The notes beneath the pieces are model-generated. The model saw only the letters and a list, made by a program, of their open reading frames with translations. It was not told where the DNA came from and searched no databases. 64,000 nucleotides of DNA. Origin: Psilocybe cubensis. Its lineage: Eukaryota. The stretch is from assembly GCA_017499595.2 (NCBI GenBank), contig CM039004.1, positions 930,001 to 994,000 on the forward strand, read 5' to 3'. Below are positions 24,230 through 37,910 of this stretch, in pieces (position 1 is the first letter of the stretch; each line of letters opens with the position of its first letter). The position numbers were made by a program, and so were the translations under genes.

Positions 24230-27200
24230 ATGGACGCTATTAAGAGCATGTTGTCCCCCTTGGGAATGAGTACTGGTGCTATCCAGGACACCCTTGTACG
24301 TATAGTCCTTACATTGTCTCCTGTTTCCCAAATGGACTGTGTATCTGGCAGAAACTCGTAGTGATTGGTGGCACCGTTGAGACTGCCCGCAGAGCGTCGG
24401 TGTCAGCTTGGAACGGTTTCGTAGACTGTGAGCATCCCTATTTCATTGTCGCCCTCATTGTTCAACTAATCACACTTTAGCATTCTTCCTCACTGCTCAT
24501 TTCAGTCAAGACGACTACCCTTACGACTGGTCAGTACTTTCGTTCAACGTCGTACATAGTCACTAATCCTTTACTCAGGTTAATGCATTGGCTTGCCAAG
24601 GTTTCAATTAACACTTCTGTTTGATATTAAACGTATTGACCCTACTTTCAGCAACCGTCATGGGGCCGAAGTCGCGAATTTGATATCACCACTCGCTCCG
24701 TCAACCGTAATGGCATGTCACAGTCGACATCGGGAGATTTGGAGGAAGAGGAAGAGGAGGAAGATGATACGACTCTTGTCCATGGCCGACGAAAACGGAA
24801 GGTTGCGTTCATGCCTAGCCTTGGTAAGTGAATTGACTCTAAATGACTCATAGTCAAAGCGGTGCGGCGCTAACGATTGATGCTTTCATAAGATACTACG
24901 CATACTATCTATTACCGTGGCCACTGGCTTAGGGTAAGTTGATTTGTTGACATTTAGTATTCTTGTACTAAGCAAAGCTAACTCCTTCGGTGTGCTAGAT
25001 AACCCGAACAAAGAATTTTCAAGATTACAGCCATGGTTATGCCTTGAAAATAAGGTATCTGTGCTTTCATTCGTGTGGTGAAATACATATTAATTCAGTT
25101 GATTCCAAAGCGTCGTCGCTCGAAATAACGATATCCTCAAGAAGTTGGTTTTGGAGGCTAAGCGCGAGTACGAGAAAGACGCCGAACACCGTGTTCATAT
25201 TTTCATGGCTGATACGTAAGTGGTCATAAATCTTAAGTGCTATTGTTAGCTCCAAATTAACACTGTTCGTTAATGAAGGACTTATGGATGCTGGCGCTGG
25301 AATGGGGCTAGGCAAAAAAGGCCAATGAGCTCAATTGTCCTCCAGCCAGGAGTCAAGGATATGCTTCTCGCGGACTGCAAGGATTTCCTGTGTTCAGAGG
25401 AATGGTAAGTTATCGCCGGCTCTGTCTAATAATGATATATCTCACTGTCGCCTGTTCATTGCCCCAGGTATGCGGAGAGAGGTATGCCTCTTCAAGTCTA
25501 ATTGATCATAACATTCTGATGGCTATGTCAAGGTATTCCTTTCAGGAGAGGTTATCTCTTGCACGGGGTACCGGGAAGGTAAGTTACTTTCCGGTCCATG
25601 GCGCCTGTGACCTCATATATTCCCATGTAGTGGCAAGACATCGCTCATCCACTCGCTGGCCGGTGAACTTGGCTTGGACATTTATGTCGTCTCATTATCG
25701 TCCAAGGGGTAAGATTATGGTCACTACTACTCATCTATAGGCTAACACCGTGCTCAATAGAATGAGCGACAATACTTTGACAACTCTGATGGGAAATGTA
25801 CCTTCCAGGTCCGTATGCAATTTATCGTTCCCAAGTAACAACGTGTATATTTATGCCAATCTGGACCATAGATGTATTCTCCTTTTGGAAGATTTGGACG
25901 CCGCTTTCACTCGCTCAGTCTCCCGTGACTCTAACTCTACCGGTGCACCCACTGCAGCCACATCGAAAGAGGCGAAAGAGGCTGCCGAAACCACGGATGG
26001 ATCTACGCTGAGCTTGAGTGGTCTTCTCAACAGTTTAGACGGTGTGGCAGCGGCTGAGGGACGGTGGGTCGCTCCACGCTTCCAAAATTAAATCCGCATA
26101 TCTGATGTTTCCCATTCTAGGCTGCTTTTTGCCACCACAAATCACATAGAGCGTTTGGACCCTGCGCTCAGCCGTCCCGGACGTATGGACGTTTGGGTTA
26201 ACTTCACTCATGCCACAAAGTGGCAAGCAGAGGGAATTTTCAAATGTTTCTTCCCTTATAAACCCTCTACGCCCGCTACCGCTACGTCACAGGATTCTAG
26301 CACTCCTAAGGATCCCTCTCAGCAGAATCTACCCCTGCCCAAGCGCAAGGCATTCAAGCATGCTATTCCTCTCCTAACCGAAGAAGAAATTTCTGAACTT
26401 GCTAAACGTTTTGCCGAAGCCATCCCTGAAGATGAACTCAGCGTATGGCTATTTTTGTTCCTATTTTAATATCCAAACAAATTAATAATAACTTGATGCT
26501 CAGGTCGCCGGTCTTCAAGGTTACCTGCTGAAAAACAAGACTCGCCCAAGGGAATGTGTAGATGAAGTTGGCGAATGGGTTATTCAAGAGAGGGAGACTC
26601 GCGAGAAGCTGAAGAAGGAGAAGGCCGAGGTTGGTGTGGGAATCTCTTTTTGTACTTACTGTTACTGACTCCACGCCATTCTAAATAGCGCGAGGCAAAG
26701 GAGAAGAAAGAAGCCGAGGAGGCAGCCAAAAAAGAGGTACTGTAAAGATTCTCCATAACCAACCGCATACGACTGATACCGTGGTCTTCTGCAGAAGGAA
26801 GAGAAAGAGGCTAAAGAGGTGACCACACAGTGATACCCCAAATTTTGGAATGCTTTGACTGACTTCTTTCTTTTCACGGACAATCAGAAAGAAGAGAAGG
26901 AGACCAAAGAGGTGCGCAATCCTACCAATTAAATACCGATATGCCCGACACTGACCTCCGCGCTTTTAGAAACTTGAAAGGAAAGAGCGGGCAAAGGCGA
27001 AAAAGGCCCGCGAAGCCACGAAGAGTGATTCTTCTCAAGCCACCTCGACTTCATCTACTGAACAAACCGCTCCAACAGCCACTACCACTGGGGAGGCCGC
27101 ATCTGAAGCTACGTCATCTTCCTCCAGTTCTGAATCGGAGACGACAACCGGCGTCGATGCCGATACTGAAGAAAGCGTCACATCGGAGGAGGACGAGGGC

Positions 27201-27314
27201 GAGAAGTCGACAACGGAGGAGGATTCAAAGAAAGAGAAATGGGTAGCTGTCAAACCCTCCTCTTCTACCTCGACCCCCGCGACGCCTGCACCTGCTACCG
27301 ATGCCGCCCCGTGA
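24230..27314 (+). CDS. BCS1-like AAA+ ATPase with charged C-terminal extension (many short exons)
   Basis: MDAIKSML...|[50 protein letters not shown] (Walker A), [11 protein letters not shown] (Walker B), [32 protein letters not shown]. Confidence 0.92.
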
Positions 27315-27867
27315 AAACTCACTTCCAGACTCGAGTTTTATATCGCGAGGTTGGGCTGGGATTGTCTTAGCTTTTTATTTCTTCCACACAAACGCGCCGC
27401 TCCCTCACTGGTTTATCGTGTGCTCTCTGTCTTCTCGTCTCTGCCTCTTGCTGGGTTCTAGCGTGTTCAGTGTTCGTGACTGTCTTCTCATATTTCTAGC
27501 ATTATGTTAAGAATACATGGAGGATTGGGTTGTTCTGGGGGTTTGAAGGTCTCGTCACCGAGTTGGGATATTGACTCATCCTACTCTTGACCTTTACCCG
27601 CAGAGCGTGCCCGTCCGTCCTTTCTTTACCATTACATACAAGCTCGTGTAGTAGTGTTTTCGAGAAAGATGATCGAATGATTCTTAGATGATTATTCATG
27701 ATGATTAAACCAGTATGAAAGGTAAAAGTGCGATGGTCGTGAAAAAGGTAACTATTAGACATATTAGAGTGAGAATAACAGGAAGAGGATGAAAGATAAC
27801 ATTGCATGTCCATACATAATTTTCTTTTTTGATTCTAATGCACACCACTAACAGCCTCTTTCAAAAT

Positions 27868-30800
27868 CTATGTCGACTTCAAGCCAACGTCTGAAAGCGT
27901 TTTGAATGCCTCCTTATAAGCATCCAATAAGGCCTTGACCCTCGTCCTCTCCGCCACCAACGCCTCGTCTTCGTTGAGCATCTCGGCGAACAATTCAGGC
28001 TTGTACAACGATGCAACGAGACGGTTCTGGACCTGCTGCGCCGTGTGATTGACAAGGAAGTGCATAATAGCTTTTGGAATGATATCCTGAATGCTTTGCC
28101 GCACGATGTTGAAGTATGAAGTGATAAGAGATCGAATCAGTTGAGTCTCCATCTCTTCTCGTACGGTCAACTGAGTTCCGTCGGCTGGGACCTGTAAACG
28201 TCGAGCGTCAGCGAATGTCATGGAAACAAACGGTTATGGAGGGGAGAATTCCCCAAAAATCAATACTTCAAATCCCCAGGTATACGGAGAAAAGAATTCA
28301 TGAGGCAAAAAACTCACAGCTTCAATATGTCTACCGAGGCTCTTCATGTCGTAGGCCGCACTATTCCCATCAATACCACGCTTTCCAGCCATGAGCCCAC
28401 TTGACATAGAAGGCTCCGTACCAGAGACATCCCGCCCAATAGGCACAAAAGGCGCAGGCTCTGTAATACCATGACCATGGTGTCCCTGACCCTGGCCATG
28501 CGACACACGATCCACACTTGATCCAGCAAGTGGCCCTGGCCCATTTTGTCCAAAGAAGTAGTTCAGGAATGTCTCCCTCGCTGACCCAGATGGCGGTGAC
28601 GAGCCTCCGTTCATACCGACGTTGTGTCCTCCAAACGCCGACGATGGTCTACTGCTGCTGCTGATTTGCTGATTCTGGTGCTGTTGGTGTCCGCCATGAG
28701 ACGAGCGCCCTGTCCGTGTTTTTGACGATGAGCGCTTGGCGATGCCCTGGCTTCCACCTACAATAGACGAGCCATTCGCTGATATAGTTGTCCGTGAGCG
28801 ATCGTGAAGGGTGGAAGATACAGAACGCCCATCTCTAGGAGGGAAGATACCATTTGGACCATTAATTGGGTCGTCGGAAACGTCCTCCTCGTCGTCTTCA
28901 GGAGATCCTGCGTGGCCGTTGATTGGCTCAGTGGACTGTGGCTAGAAAGAAAGTTCAATACACCGTTCTTGGTTGATACTGTGAACAATGACTGACCCTT
29001 TGCGTAATCTGGGGTCTTGAGGGCTGGTAGGATTGCTCAGCGGCTGTGGCAGAACCTGATATGAAGGCGGGATGATTGGTGTTAATATACGCCGCCTGGA
29101 TCTCAATTAAGCTCTGAGCATATTCCGAAGTTGGGCCTAGCCGTTCTCGAAGAAGTTCAGAGACAACCTCAATCAACTGAGAATGAAGCCTCGGGAAGCG
29201 TGCTAGCTCCTACAAGAACGTCGTGAGTAAGGAGAAGTTCCGTAGTAAAATAAACTTACGGTGCTGGTACAGTTATGGCAAATTTTGACCAATTCCTCGT
29301 AAACCAGCTCAACACATCTTAAACTAGGGGCTTCGAGCAGCTTTATCTGAGGCTTCACCAAGAGATCGAATGCCATCTCAGGTACAAAGAGGCTTGGCCG
29401 CGGTCCAGTAGAATTACGAATAGCCGTACGGATGTCCTGGTTATCCAAGTTATGGGTAGCATCGATCGAAGCCAAAGCACGGCCGAAGATGTCGTTGAAA
29501 ATATAGTAAATTCTAGCACCTCCGGACAGCTCCTTTGTTGATATATCGACTTTGGTCCCCTCAATAGATGACACAAAATCGCGGGCGAATTGTGTCATCA
29601 AGCGCAGGATAAGCGCCCCTTGCTGTTACGCGACCATCAGCGCATAGACTATATTGTAACATTCAAAAAATATACTTGGTTTTTGTCTCCAAAGATAGCT
29701 GAGTCACCGAATGAGTTGAGTTCCTGTTGGGCCTGCCCCATCAACGTGTTCAGTCGGGCTTTCATGTCAGGCAACTTTTCTCTGATGTGGTTTATCAAAA
29801 CCTAGATAGCAGATAGGTGGGTTTATTGGCATGAGCATTGTACCTAAATTCATTGACAATGAATGACCTACCTGGTTGAGGGTCTTGGCGAGATATTTTG
29901 TACCATTTTTGTGAGCGATATTTCGGTAGGCGGGATGATTCCGGAAGAACTCAGTTTCACTCTCCAAAGCATCGGCCATGCTCTTCTCGGAATTGATATC
30001 TTGCTGGCTACGGTTGACGATACCAATGAAACCTAACTTCAATGGATAGACGCGTCCGGTAAGAATGTCAAGCGCATTTGTGCCCGCGTCCATAAGGTCG
30101 AGCTTTGTTAGAACACCAATGGTACGACGTCCTTGGGAATCGACGGAACGGGCCAACTTCAATGACTCGGAGTTGGCGAGATCGACATTAGCAGGGGACA
30201 CGGCCAAGATGACGCTGAAAATAATGAGATCAAGTGACGCGAAAACAATTGCTTTCGTACCTATTGGGTTTTGAGATATAATCAAGCACGAGGTTGCGGA
30301 TTTGGCGCTCGATGTCACTCGGCTGGTCTCCTACAGGGATCTGAAGAGCAATGTAAAAATTATTTACTAAAAAGAGGGCAACAGCTACGCACTTTCGTAA
30401 GCCCAGGTAGATCCACAAGTGTCAAGTCCAGTACATCTGGGCTGTATATCCGTAATGAAATAGGCAGCTTGCTAACGCCCTTGTTCTGCCCCGCTACTCG
30501 GAACGTTTCCTGTTCGATTTCCTTCCGTATTTCCGCAAAGTCGGTGAACTTCTTGTCAATGTGCAGGAATTGGCCCCATTCTCTGTAGACGGAAGACGAA
30601 GTGTCGGTAGGTTCAGGAGTGTTGATGAGCTGCAAAACAAGTGGCCTTCGAGTAACAATGCCTTGTCCTCGAGGAAGAAAATCTCGTCCAACAATTCTGT
30701 CACAGCAAATTTAATCCGGTATCATGAGCAGAATGTAGCGGTGACAACTGACGTTTCTAGGACACTGGACTTTCCCGAGGATTGACTACCAACCTTTCAT

Positions 30801-31003
30801 AGCAAATCAGCCCACGCCATGTCAAGCAACGGATTCATGCACAAGAAAAACATACCACAACCAGCTGGGGCATGTCCAACTCTCCGCCTTTTACAAGCAA
30901 CCGGTCAATGAACAACCCAAGAAATTTAGAAAACAAATTGCGCACCGAGATTGCTGAACGTGTCCTGCAGCTTGTTCACGAGGCGAATTAAATCATGATC
31001 CAT
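27868..31003 (-). CDS. DNM1: Dynamin-related GTPase, Dnm1/Drp1 (organelle fission)
   Basis: [29 protein letters not shown] (G1), [44 protein letters not shown] (Dnm1-type rather than Vps1) and C-terminal [33 protein letters not shown]. Confidence 0.93.
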
Positions 31004-32018
31004 ATTGGACTATGGGGAGTGGGATATAAGGTAGTAGTAAAGAGCCAAAAAGCACCTGGCCAGAGTCCACAAGAAATAAGAGAAATACGCGTTGCCAAAG
31101 CAAGATCCAAGGGACAAGTCGACGTTACGGATTTCCTTCGGCAAACTTGTTTGTCTTTGTTGTCTTTAAAAGTTCGCGTCGTCACTGGAGTATTTATGTG
31201 GCTGTGCTGTTCTTTTCTTGTCCTCCATCGCTTAACCGACGCTGGTAAGCTTGACCATCCCAGTGCGGTGAAGAGTCTCATTGTTCATCACAGAATTCGA
31301 TTCTACCTTTCAATCCCACCACTTGATATTTAACTATTTTATCTCAGAAATTGGCAAAGTGAACATCTATCTACGAAGTGCCACAACTTTGATCCACCAT
31401 GCCGACGAATGGCGTACAGCAGATGCCCCATATCAGCTAATTATGGTCAGTTTCAATCAGGACTGTTTTTTTGAATGTTTTCCTTTCCTTTCAGATATAA
31501 CCTCAGCTGGCCTTCGGTCAAATTTCAATAATACATGTAAGACGATTTTGCTCTGTTTTCTTGTCATCAAGCTCACTACATTGGCAGTTACAAACTAGTG
31601 ATCGCTACATCTGTAGAGGTTTATCCCTACTTCTTATTTAATGGAATCAATCATGGAATCATCGGCCATTTTTCGAAAGCATCTTATCCAACGAACCAAG
31701 TTCGAGAATGTCCACCTCGAGGCATCGGTATCCCCGTTGCCCAATTCTCAACCCACGACGCCTATGCCAACTATCCAATAACGACATTGAAGTTGAACAC
31801 GTTTCACTGGTAATTATTTTCCCCGAGCTATGAAATAGCAGGGTGTCGCAAGACCTCAAACACATGAATCTTCCACAACATGTCCGAATGTACAGGTACC
31901 TCGGTCGCAATAATGGGATCGACGAATAATTTAATGCAATACAGCAAAGCTTTTGAGCGATTGGGAAGAAGCATAACAATTGTCTCTTCTAATACCTGGA
32001 AATTGAAAACACATAAAA

Positions 32019-35018
32019 TTATACAATAGCTCGCCGCCTAGGTGCAGGCTTGCTACGTTTTCTCTTTTTTCCTTGCGAAAATTGGTTCGCGCTCTTCAGG
32101 TCTCGTCCGAGGGAGTCTTCCTTTTTCACTTGATAAATACGAACCTGGAGAAAAGAAAGTCAGCAGGACAGTATATTTTCCAGAATGCATGCGGAAAGGA
32201 GATAGAAGCCAGAACGCAAAACTTACGATCCAATTTTCTGATGTGAACGCCTCATCTATGGTATTCAACACTCCTTTAGCTTTCCACGTTTACATATTCA
32301 AAATCTGATAGAGATGCGCACCAAGATAGTCTAACGTGGGTCCTACTTTAGGGATTTGTTGTTGACGGACACGGTCTGTGCCCTGGTTGCCTCCAAATAG
32401 TTCATTGAATCTAAAATCGCATAAAATCCCGTCAGTTTGAGAAAATCATGAAAGCCGATCCAACAAAGAACCCACCGATAGTACGACATCTTATACATCA
32501 AACTCTCTTTCATGGCCGTAGACGCCCTGTCGTCGATTCTGTACTCTCCTTGGGGCGTGAAGTAGTTGGGTTCTTGGATCTCATCCGGCCAGACACCTTG
32601 AGCGATACGAACCATCCATAAGAACTTGTTGATATCATCACCGGAGTATCCAATGAGACCGCCGAAGATGACGAGAACATAGTCAACATCATGTTTCCTG
32701 AGAATAGGATAAGCGACTTCTTCTGAACTTGACATGGCCTTTCCAACAGTAGCGATATGGGCTATCAAGGGGGAAAAAATTAAAATTCATGTCAGTTTCC
32801 ATGAGAAAGAAAGCAATGGAAGATAAGGTCCGGAATGACTTACTGTTGTTCCAGGTATTGTTATCTACCAAAGTGGGTCGATCTGCCATACCAGCAATTT
32901 GATAACCGTAATCCCACCAGCTCATGATAACAGAATCCTGAGGGGTATTCTGTCGCAGCCAATAATAAGCTTCTCGGAAATCGTCGATAATGTGCTGTGA
33001 CCCATCAGGATTTTGAGAGGCCAATACCACAGATGGCGATGAATAAGCATTAGATGTGACCCATGTAGAGTGGAAGACGAAGAAGAACAACATCATCATC
33101 GTGTTGAGGATGACAACAAGACGAGCATCGATTCCGAAAATCCCCTTGGGCTTAGCTACGTTTCCTTTGGCAGCAGGAGTAGAGGCAGATAAAATATCAC
33201 CCAAAGCGATGCCCTGAAGTGGTGCAGCATTTGCAGGTTTCTTGTTCTTTTTGGCTGCAACTGCTGGAGAACTTCCATTAGTGCCAACTGAGGCTGCGTC
33301 ATCTACTGCCTCTGTTACTGGAGGCTCGGTGGGGTCGATATACGTGTCAAGTAACGACGAAAGGGCGATGGCCGAAGCGACACACACCACAGGGGTGAGT
33401 GTCAACATCAGGCGAACCATGACACCAGCAAAATAGCTCGCCATGACGGCGTAAATGATCACAAATAGATGTTCATCTCGAAGTTCGCGGAAGCACAGAA
33501 TGACACCAGCTGGGAACAAGAAAATCAAAAATTGCAAGTCCATGAAGAAGGAAGGCCATGCAGTCGGTTGATGCTCCGAAACTGAAGCGATAATTGGGAT
33601 ATATCTACATGAAACAATCAGAACGACATCCTGTAAGCAACAAAGGAAATGTCACTTTTTGGCGTAACCGGTATCCCAAAGTGAGTAGAATCGACCGGTC
33701 CAGGGAGCGATCTTCCCCTTGTAGGTCAAGAAGATGAAGGCAAAGGCCCCGAGGATTCCAGTGGCAACGACAGAACCAAAGAGGAGCTTTTGGAATTGTT
33801 GGGAGGATACATGGGTTCTCACAAGTTGGGCAAAAGCCACAATCTGCAACAGTCCGAAAACGCCTTTTGGTGCAAACCCGTTAATCAAAGAATATGACAA
33901 AAAAGCAGTTTTTCTTACCAAGTGCTCCCATATGTTCGCTTGTGCTGACAGGCTGGAATCCGACAAATGGGACCTGCATACTCGAAAGTGTACCGATCGC
34001 GTACCACGATGAATATGCAACATATAGCCTATCGGAGTAACGACCCATCAAAACTAACACCAGGGCATGCAAGGGAATCATGTTCGTGATGAAGACATAT
34101 CCACCTGTATGTAATAGGTCATTAGGACGCATGTGGTTAGACAATTCCCAGAGTACGAACCCCAGGCAGCAACCATGTAGAAATAGAAAACCGCGGCAAT
34201 AGTTCCAAAAAGAGCGCTTCCTTGTTTCAATGCCTTGATCCAGCAGTAGAAAGTAAACATAAGGAGGAAGATGGCAATTGCTTCGTTATCGTAGGAACCT
34301 GCCACAGAACGGGAGATGTATCCAGGGACAATACCGATGAATGCGGCAGCGAGTAATCCAGCGCTTTCATCCTTCATCTCTTTGGTGAACCTTTCGTGTC
34401 GCCACGTTAATCTTCGTTCAGATACACGACTCAAGTGCCAATGCTCACATATATGTAGCCCAAGCCGTCAACGCACTAAAACCTGGGGCCAACAATACAC
34501 ATACGTTCCGGATATCGACTGGAAGGTTCAAGGCGTGCAGAATATTGTATATGACCCCACTGGTTACCATTAATCCTGGGTAAACGGTACCACCCACAAC
34601 ACGACCCAATGGGTACCATGCCGTAGGATCAAACCAATTCCAGAATTCCTGTCAAGGTGTAAGTAGTGATCCCACGCCCAGTGTAACATAAGGCCTACAT
34701 AGAACCCTTTGGCGGCCAGCACCCTGGTTGCGCGACTCCAAAAACAACTAAGTCGGTGCTAACTGCAGAAGCCAGGTTATACTCACTAGTTGAACCATGG
34801 ATCACTGTTCAGAAGGTCATGAGAACAGGTGCCTGGTGATAACCGCTGCATGTAACTTACAATTCGTGAATAATACTTTCAAAGTTGATAACAGCAAATA
34901 AACGAGAGGCGATTGCGGCTCCAGAAATCAATGCAAGAGCAACAATGCGGAGCAATGACGCTGTGTTTTTGACCGTCACCGGTGAGATGTCCGAAGGGAT
35001 TGGATAGGCCGTAGACAT
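32019..35018 (-). CDS. STT3: Oligosaccharyltransferase catalytic subunit STT3
   Basis: [63 protein letters not shown] and a basic C-terminus [17 protein letters not shown]. Confidence 0.97.
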
Positions 35019-35367
35019 GGCCAGTGAATAGTGCGGTCTCCTCAATTAAGTGGTATTCCGGAAAAAACGACGGTGTGGTATAGAGAGAAAGGGATTTGAG
35101 ATTTACACGACAGTATTCGTGAGTAACGTCGACGTGTCGATGTTTCGCTACGCGTGCCTGCTGACTCAGCAAACGCGTGCACCAAATATGGAAGTTTTCT
35201 CCTCAGTTGGAAGCACCGAATTCGAAATGCCAAGGTTATGCCAAGAGATAAGAAAATGAATATAAGATTGCACATAGATTGTTAGAAAAACATGTACGAG
35301 TCAATACGACGTTACACTACAAAGAAAAAAATGGGTAAATCATTTGATTTTATATCCGAATTCGAGG

Positions 35368-37384
35368 TCAGATTGAGGTATCGCTTCCGGCTGAAGCTAG
35401 CCTCTGCCTTTTAGCTTCCTCTCGATTTCTCTCTATTCCTTTCGCTACTTCAAGGTCCCAATCAGTACCAAGCCAGACGACGCTGTACTCTCCAAGTCCA
35501 ACTAAGAAGAGTGCGACTACCTGACCTGAAGACAAAATAATTAAGTCAGAGTTATGAAAAAATGGATTCAGAAAATTTTCGTACCGATCCATAATCCCTC
35601 TAAACCTAGATTGATTTTTGGGTGGAATGCCATAGTTATTCCCATTGGAAGGGCAAGAACGTAGTAAGCTACAATGTTAAAAAAAGCCCCCAAATGCTGG
35701 CGACCTTATCAGAACGTCAGATTTTGATATCAAAGTCTCTTGATGCATACAAAATCGCACCTTGACCTCGAAGGACGCCGCCACATGAACCTGCTAGACC
35801 ATCTGCCACTTGGAAAGAGGCCACAAGCGGCATTACCTTGCTCACAAGTTTCACAACGTCTATATCGTCGCTAAAAAGAAGCCCATATACCTAGCATGTA
35901 GTATTTCGTGAGATGATAAAGTGGTCTGGAATATATGAATGCTCGACGTACATCTTTGGAAGCCATCATGGCAATCATCACAAAAGTTCCTACGATGACA
36001 CTGAGAAGCGCCGCAGCATGCGCCGCAATTTTTGCCCCGGTAGGAGATCGAGCACCAATGAGGTTGCCAACTCTTGTAGAAGCAGCAACACCTATTCCAA
36101 ATGGAAGGGTATTAAGAACTACAATTCGTGAGTTTACAGCTAAGTTATTAAGCATATTTGACCTACTTTGGTCTGTAGTCATGATGATCGACTGCGCAGC
36201 AAGTGGAATTTCACCAAGTCTCCCAGCAGCTAGGGCGACTATCTCAAAGGCCGCCCTATATTATCAATGAAATGAGATTGATGTTGAAGTAAACAATGAG
36301 TTACATGCTTACCACTCTGTACCGACCATAAGGATTCCGGGAAGTGCTAACTTCAGAAACTCGATGCAACTTTTAAGCTCGAGAACAACCAGTAAATTGA
36401 CTCCACCCCAGGTCCCATTTTCTTTGTGGGCGGTGGAAAAGCTCGTCCACACACCAAGAACAATGAAACAAAGCCAATAAGTGATAGACACCGCCACAGG
36501 AGAACCCCAGAGTCCAAGTGATGTATAATGCACTAAAATGATGTTTAGAGCGACATTAACCGGAGAAACTAGCAGCAAAACAGTCGTAGAGGCCCCCATA
36601 ATACCTGTAACGAATTGTCAGCAACATGAATGATCGAGTATTTTGGGTCTTACCTTGACATTGGAGGTATTTTTTCAAACTCTCAAATCCTATGTACCCA
36701 GGTGCCCCGAGCATCAGAATGCGCAAAAATTGCTGGACATCTCGACAGAGATGATCCGGCTGTCCAAATGCGACTAATACAGGCTCGATAAACGCCCATA
36801 AGAAACAAACAGGAATAAGCAAGATCCAGAGGATGATAACACATCTTTGGAAATGTATCGATAGATCGGTTTTGTTGCTACCGCCTGTAAACGACTGGGA
36901 GCCAAGAGTATCGAGTGCCGTAGTCCCACCGAGTGCCACACACCAACCTGAAAATCAAAACGTGGGATCATCCTTATGGCAGACATGGTAATCTACTCGC
37001 CAGTGACAAAGGCGAGCATCAAGGAAAATGCCGCGACCGATAATTCATTTGGCCCCAGGCGACCCACGATCACAATAGATGCGGTTTGAATGGAATTTTG
37101 CAAGATGTAGGAAAGAATTACTGTCAAGAGATGAGGCTAGTTAAGCGATGTGCACTGGCGTTGGAGATACCTGGGATAGAGTCCCACAACAGGGACTTAA
37201 AAAGCTTAAAGTCCAACTTAATGGCGCCAGAGTCTTGGGTAACAGTTTCCACATCCGGAAAATTTGAGATAGCTGTTAAAGACGACGATGAGGACTGTCC
37301 AGTTGGTATAGAACTAGACGCAGTAGCATTATTGTCAACAAGCAAGGGTGTATTCTCAGTCGGGAGGAAGGGGGAATCGGACAT
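35368..37384 (-). CDS. MATE family efflux transporter
   Basis: [91 protein letters not shown]. Confidence 0.93.
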
Positions 37385-37910
37385 GGCGTGATGGCAATTA
37401 GAAGAGATTAAGCCGGCGCTGAAATTTTTCGTCCGTCTTCTTATGGTCCTTCATATTTGTCCTGCTTTTTATCCTCCGCACCGGCCAAGAATGGACTCGG
37501 TTTCCGGTCCTTTAACTCACAGTCCTCTATCCCTATCCATCCAAGTTAATGGATCGATCTGTATTTTTATTTTACTGGGGACCGGGGGTACCTCGTTACT
37601 TGGCTTCTTGCTGATTTTTGAAGTCCATCTCAGATGCTCGTTCAAATATGGCCCAACCTTGTGGAGTCCATCACCTCAAGGCAAAACACGCCTCCAAAAA
37701 ATCCTAATCTTTGCACTCTGTTCCCGCTGTCTTTCATGCCGTTACCCACAGAGGGTGATCAATGGTCATGAGGGCAAAACATGCGTCACAATTTACATGT
37801 TTCTAGAGATTTTTTTCCCGAGACACGTCCTCAGATTGTCATAAAAGGCGAGTAAAACTATTTAGAAAAACAGTCACCGGACGCCCTCATTTTATCGATC
37901 GCATTTACTC

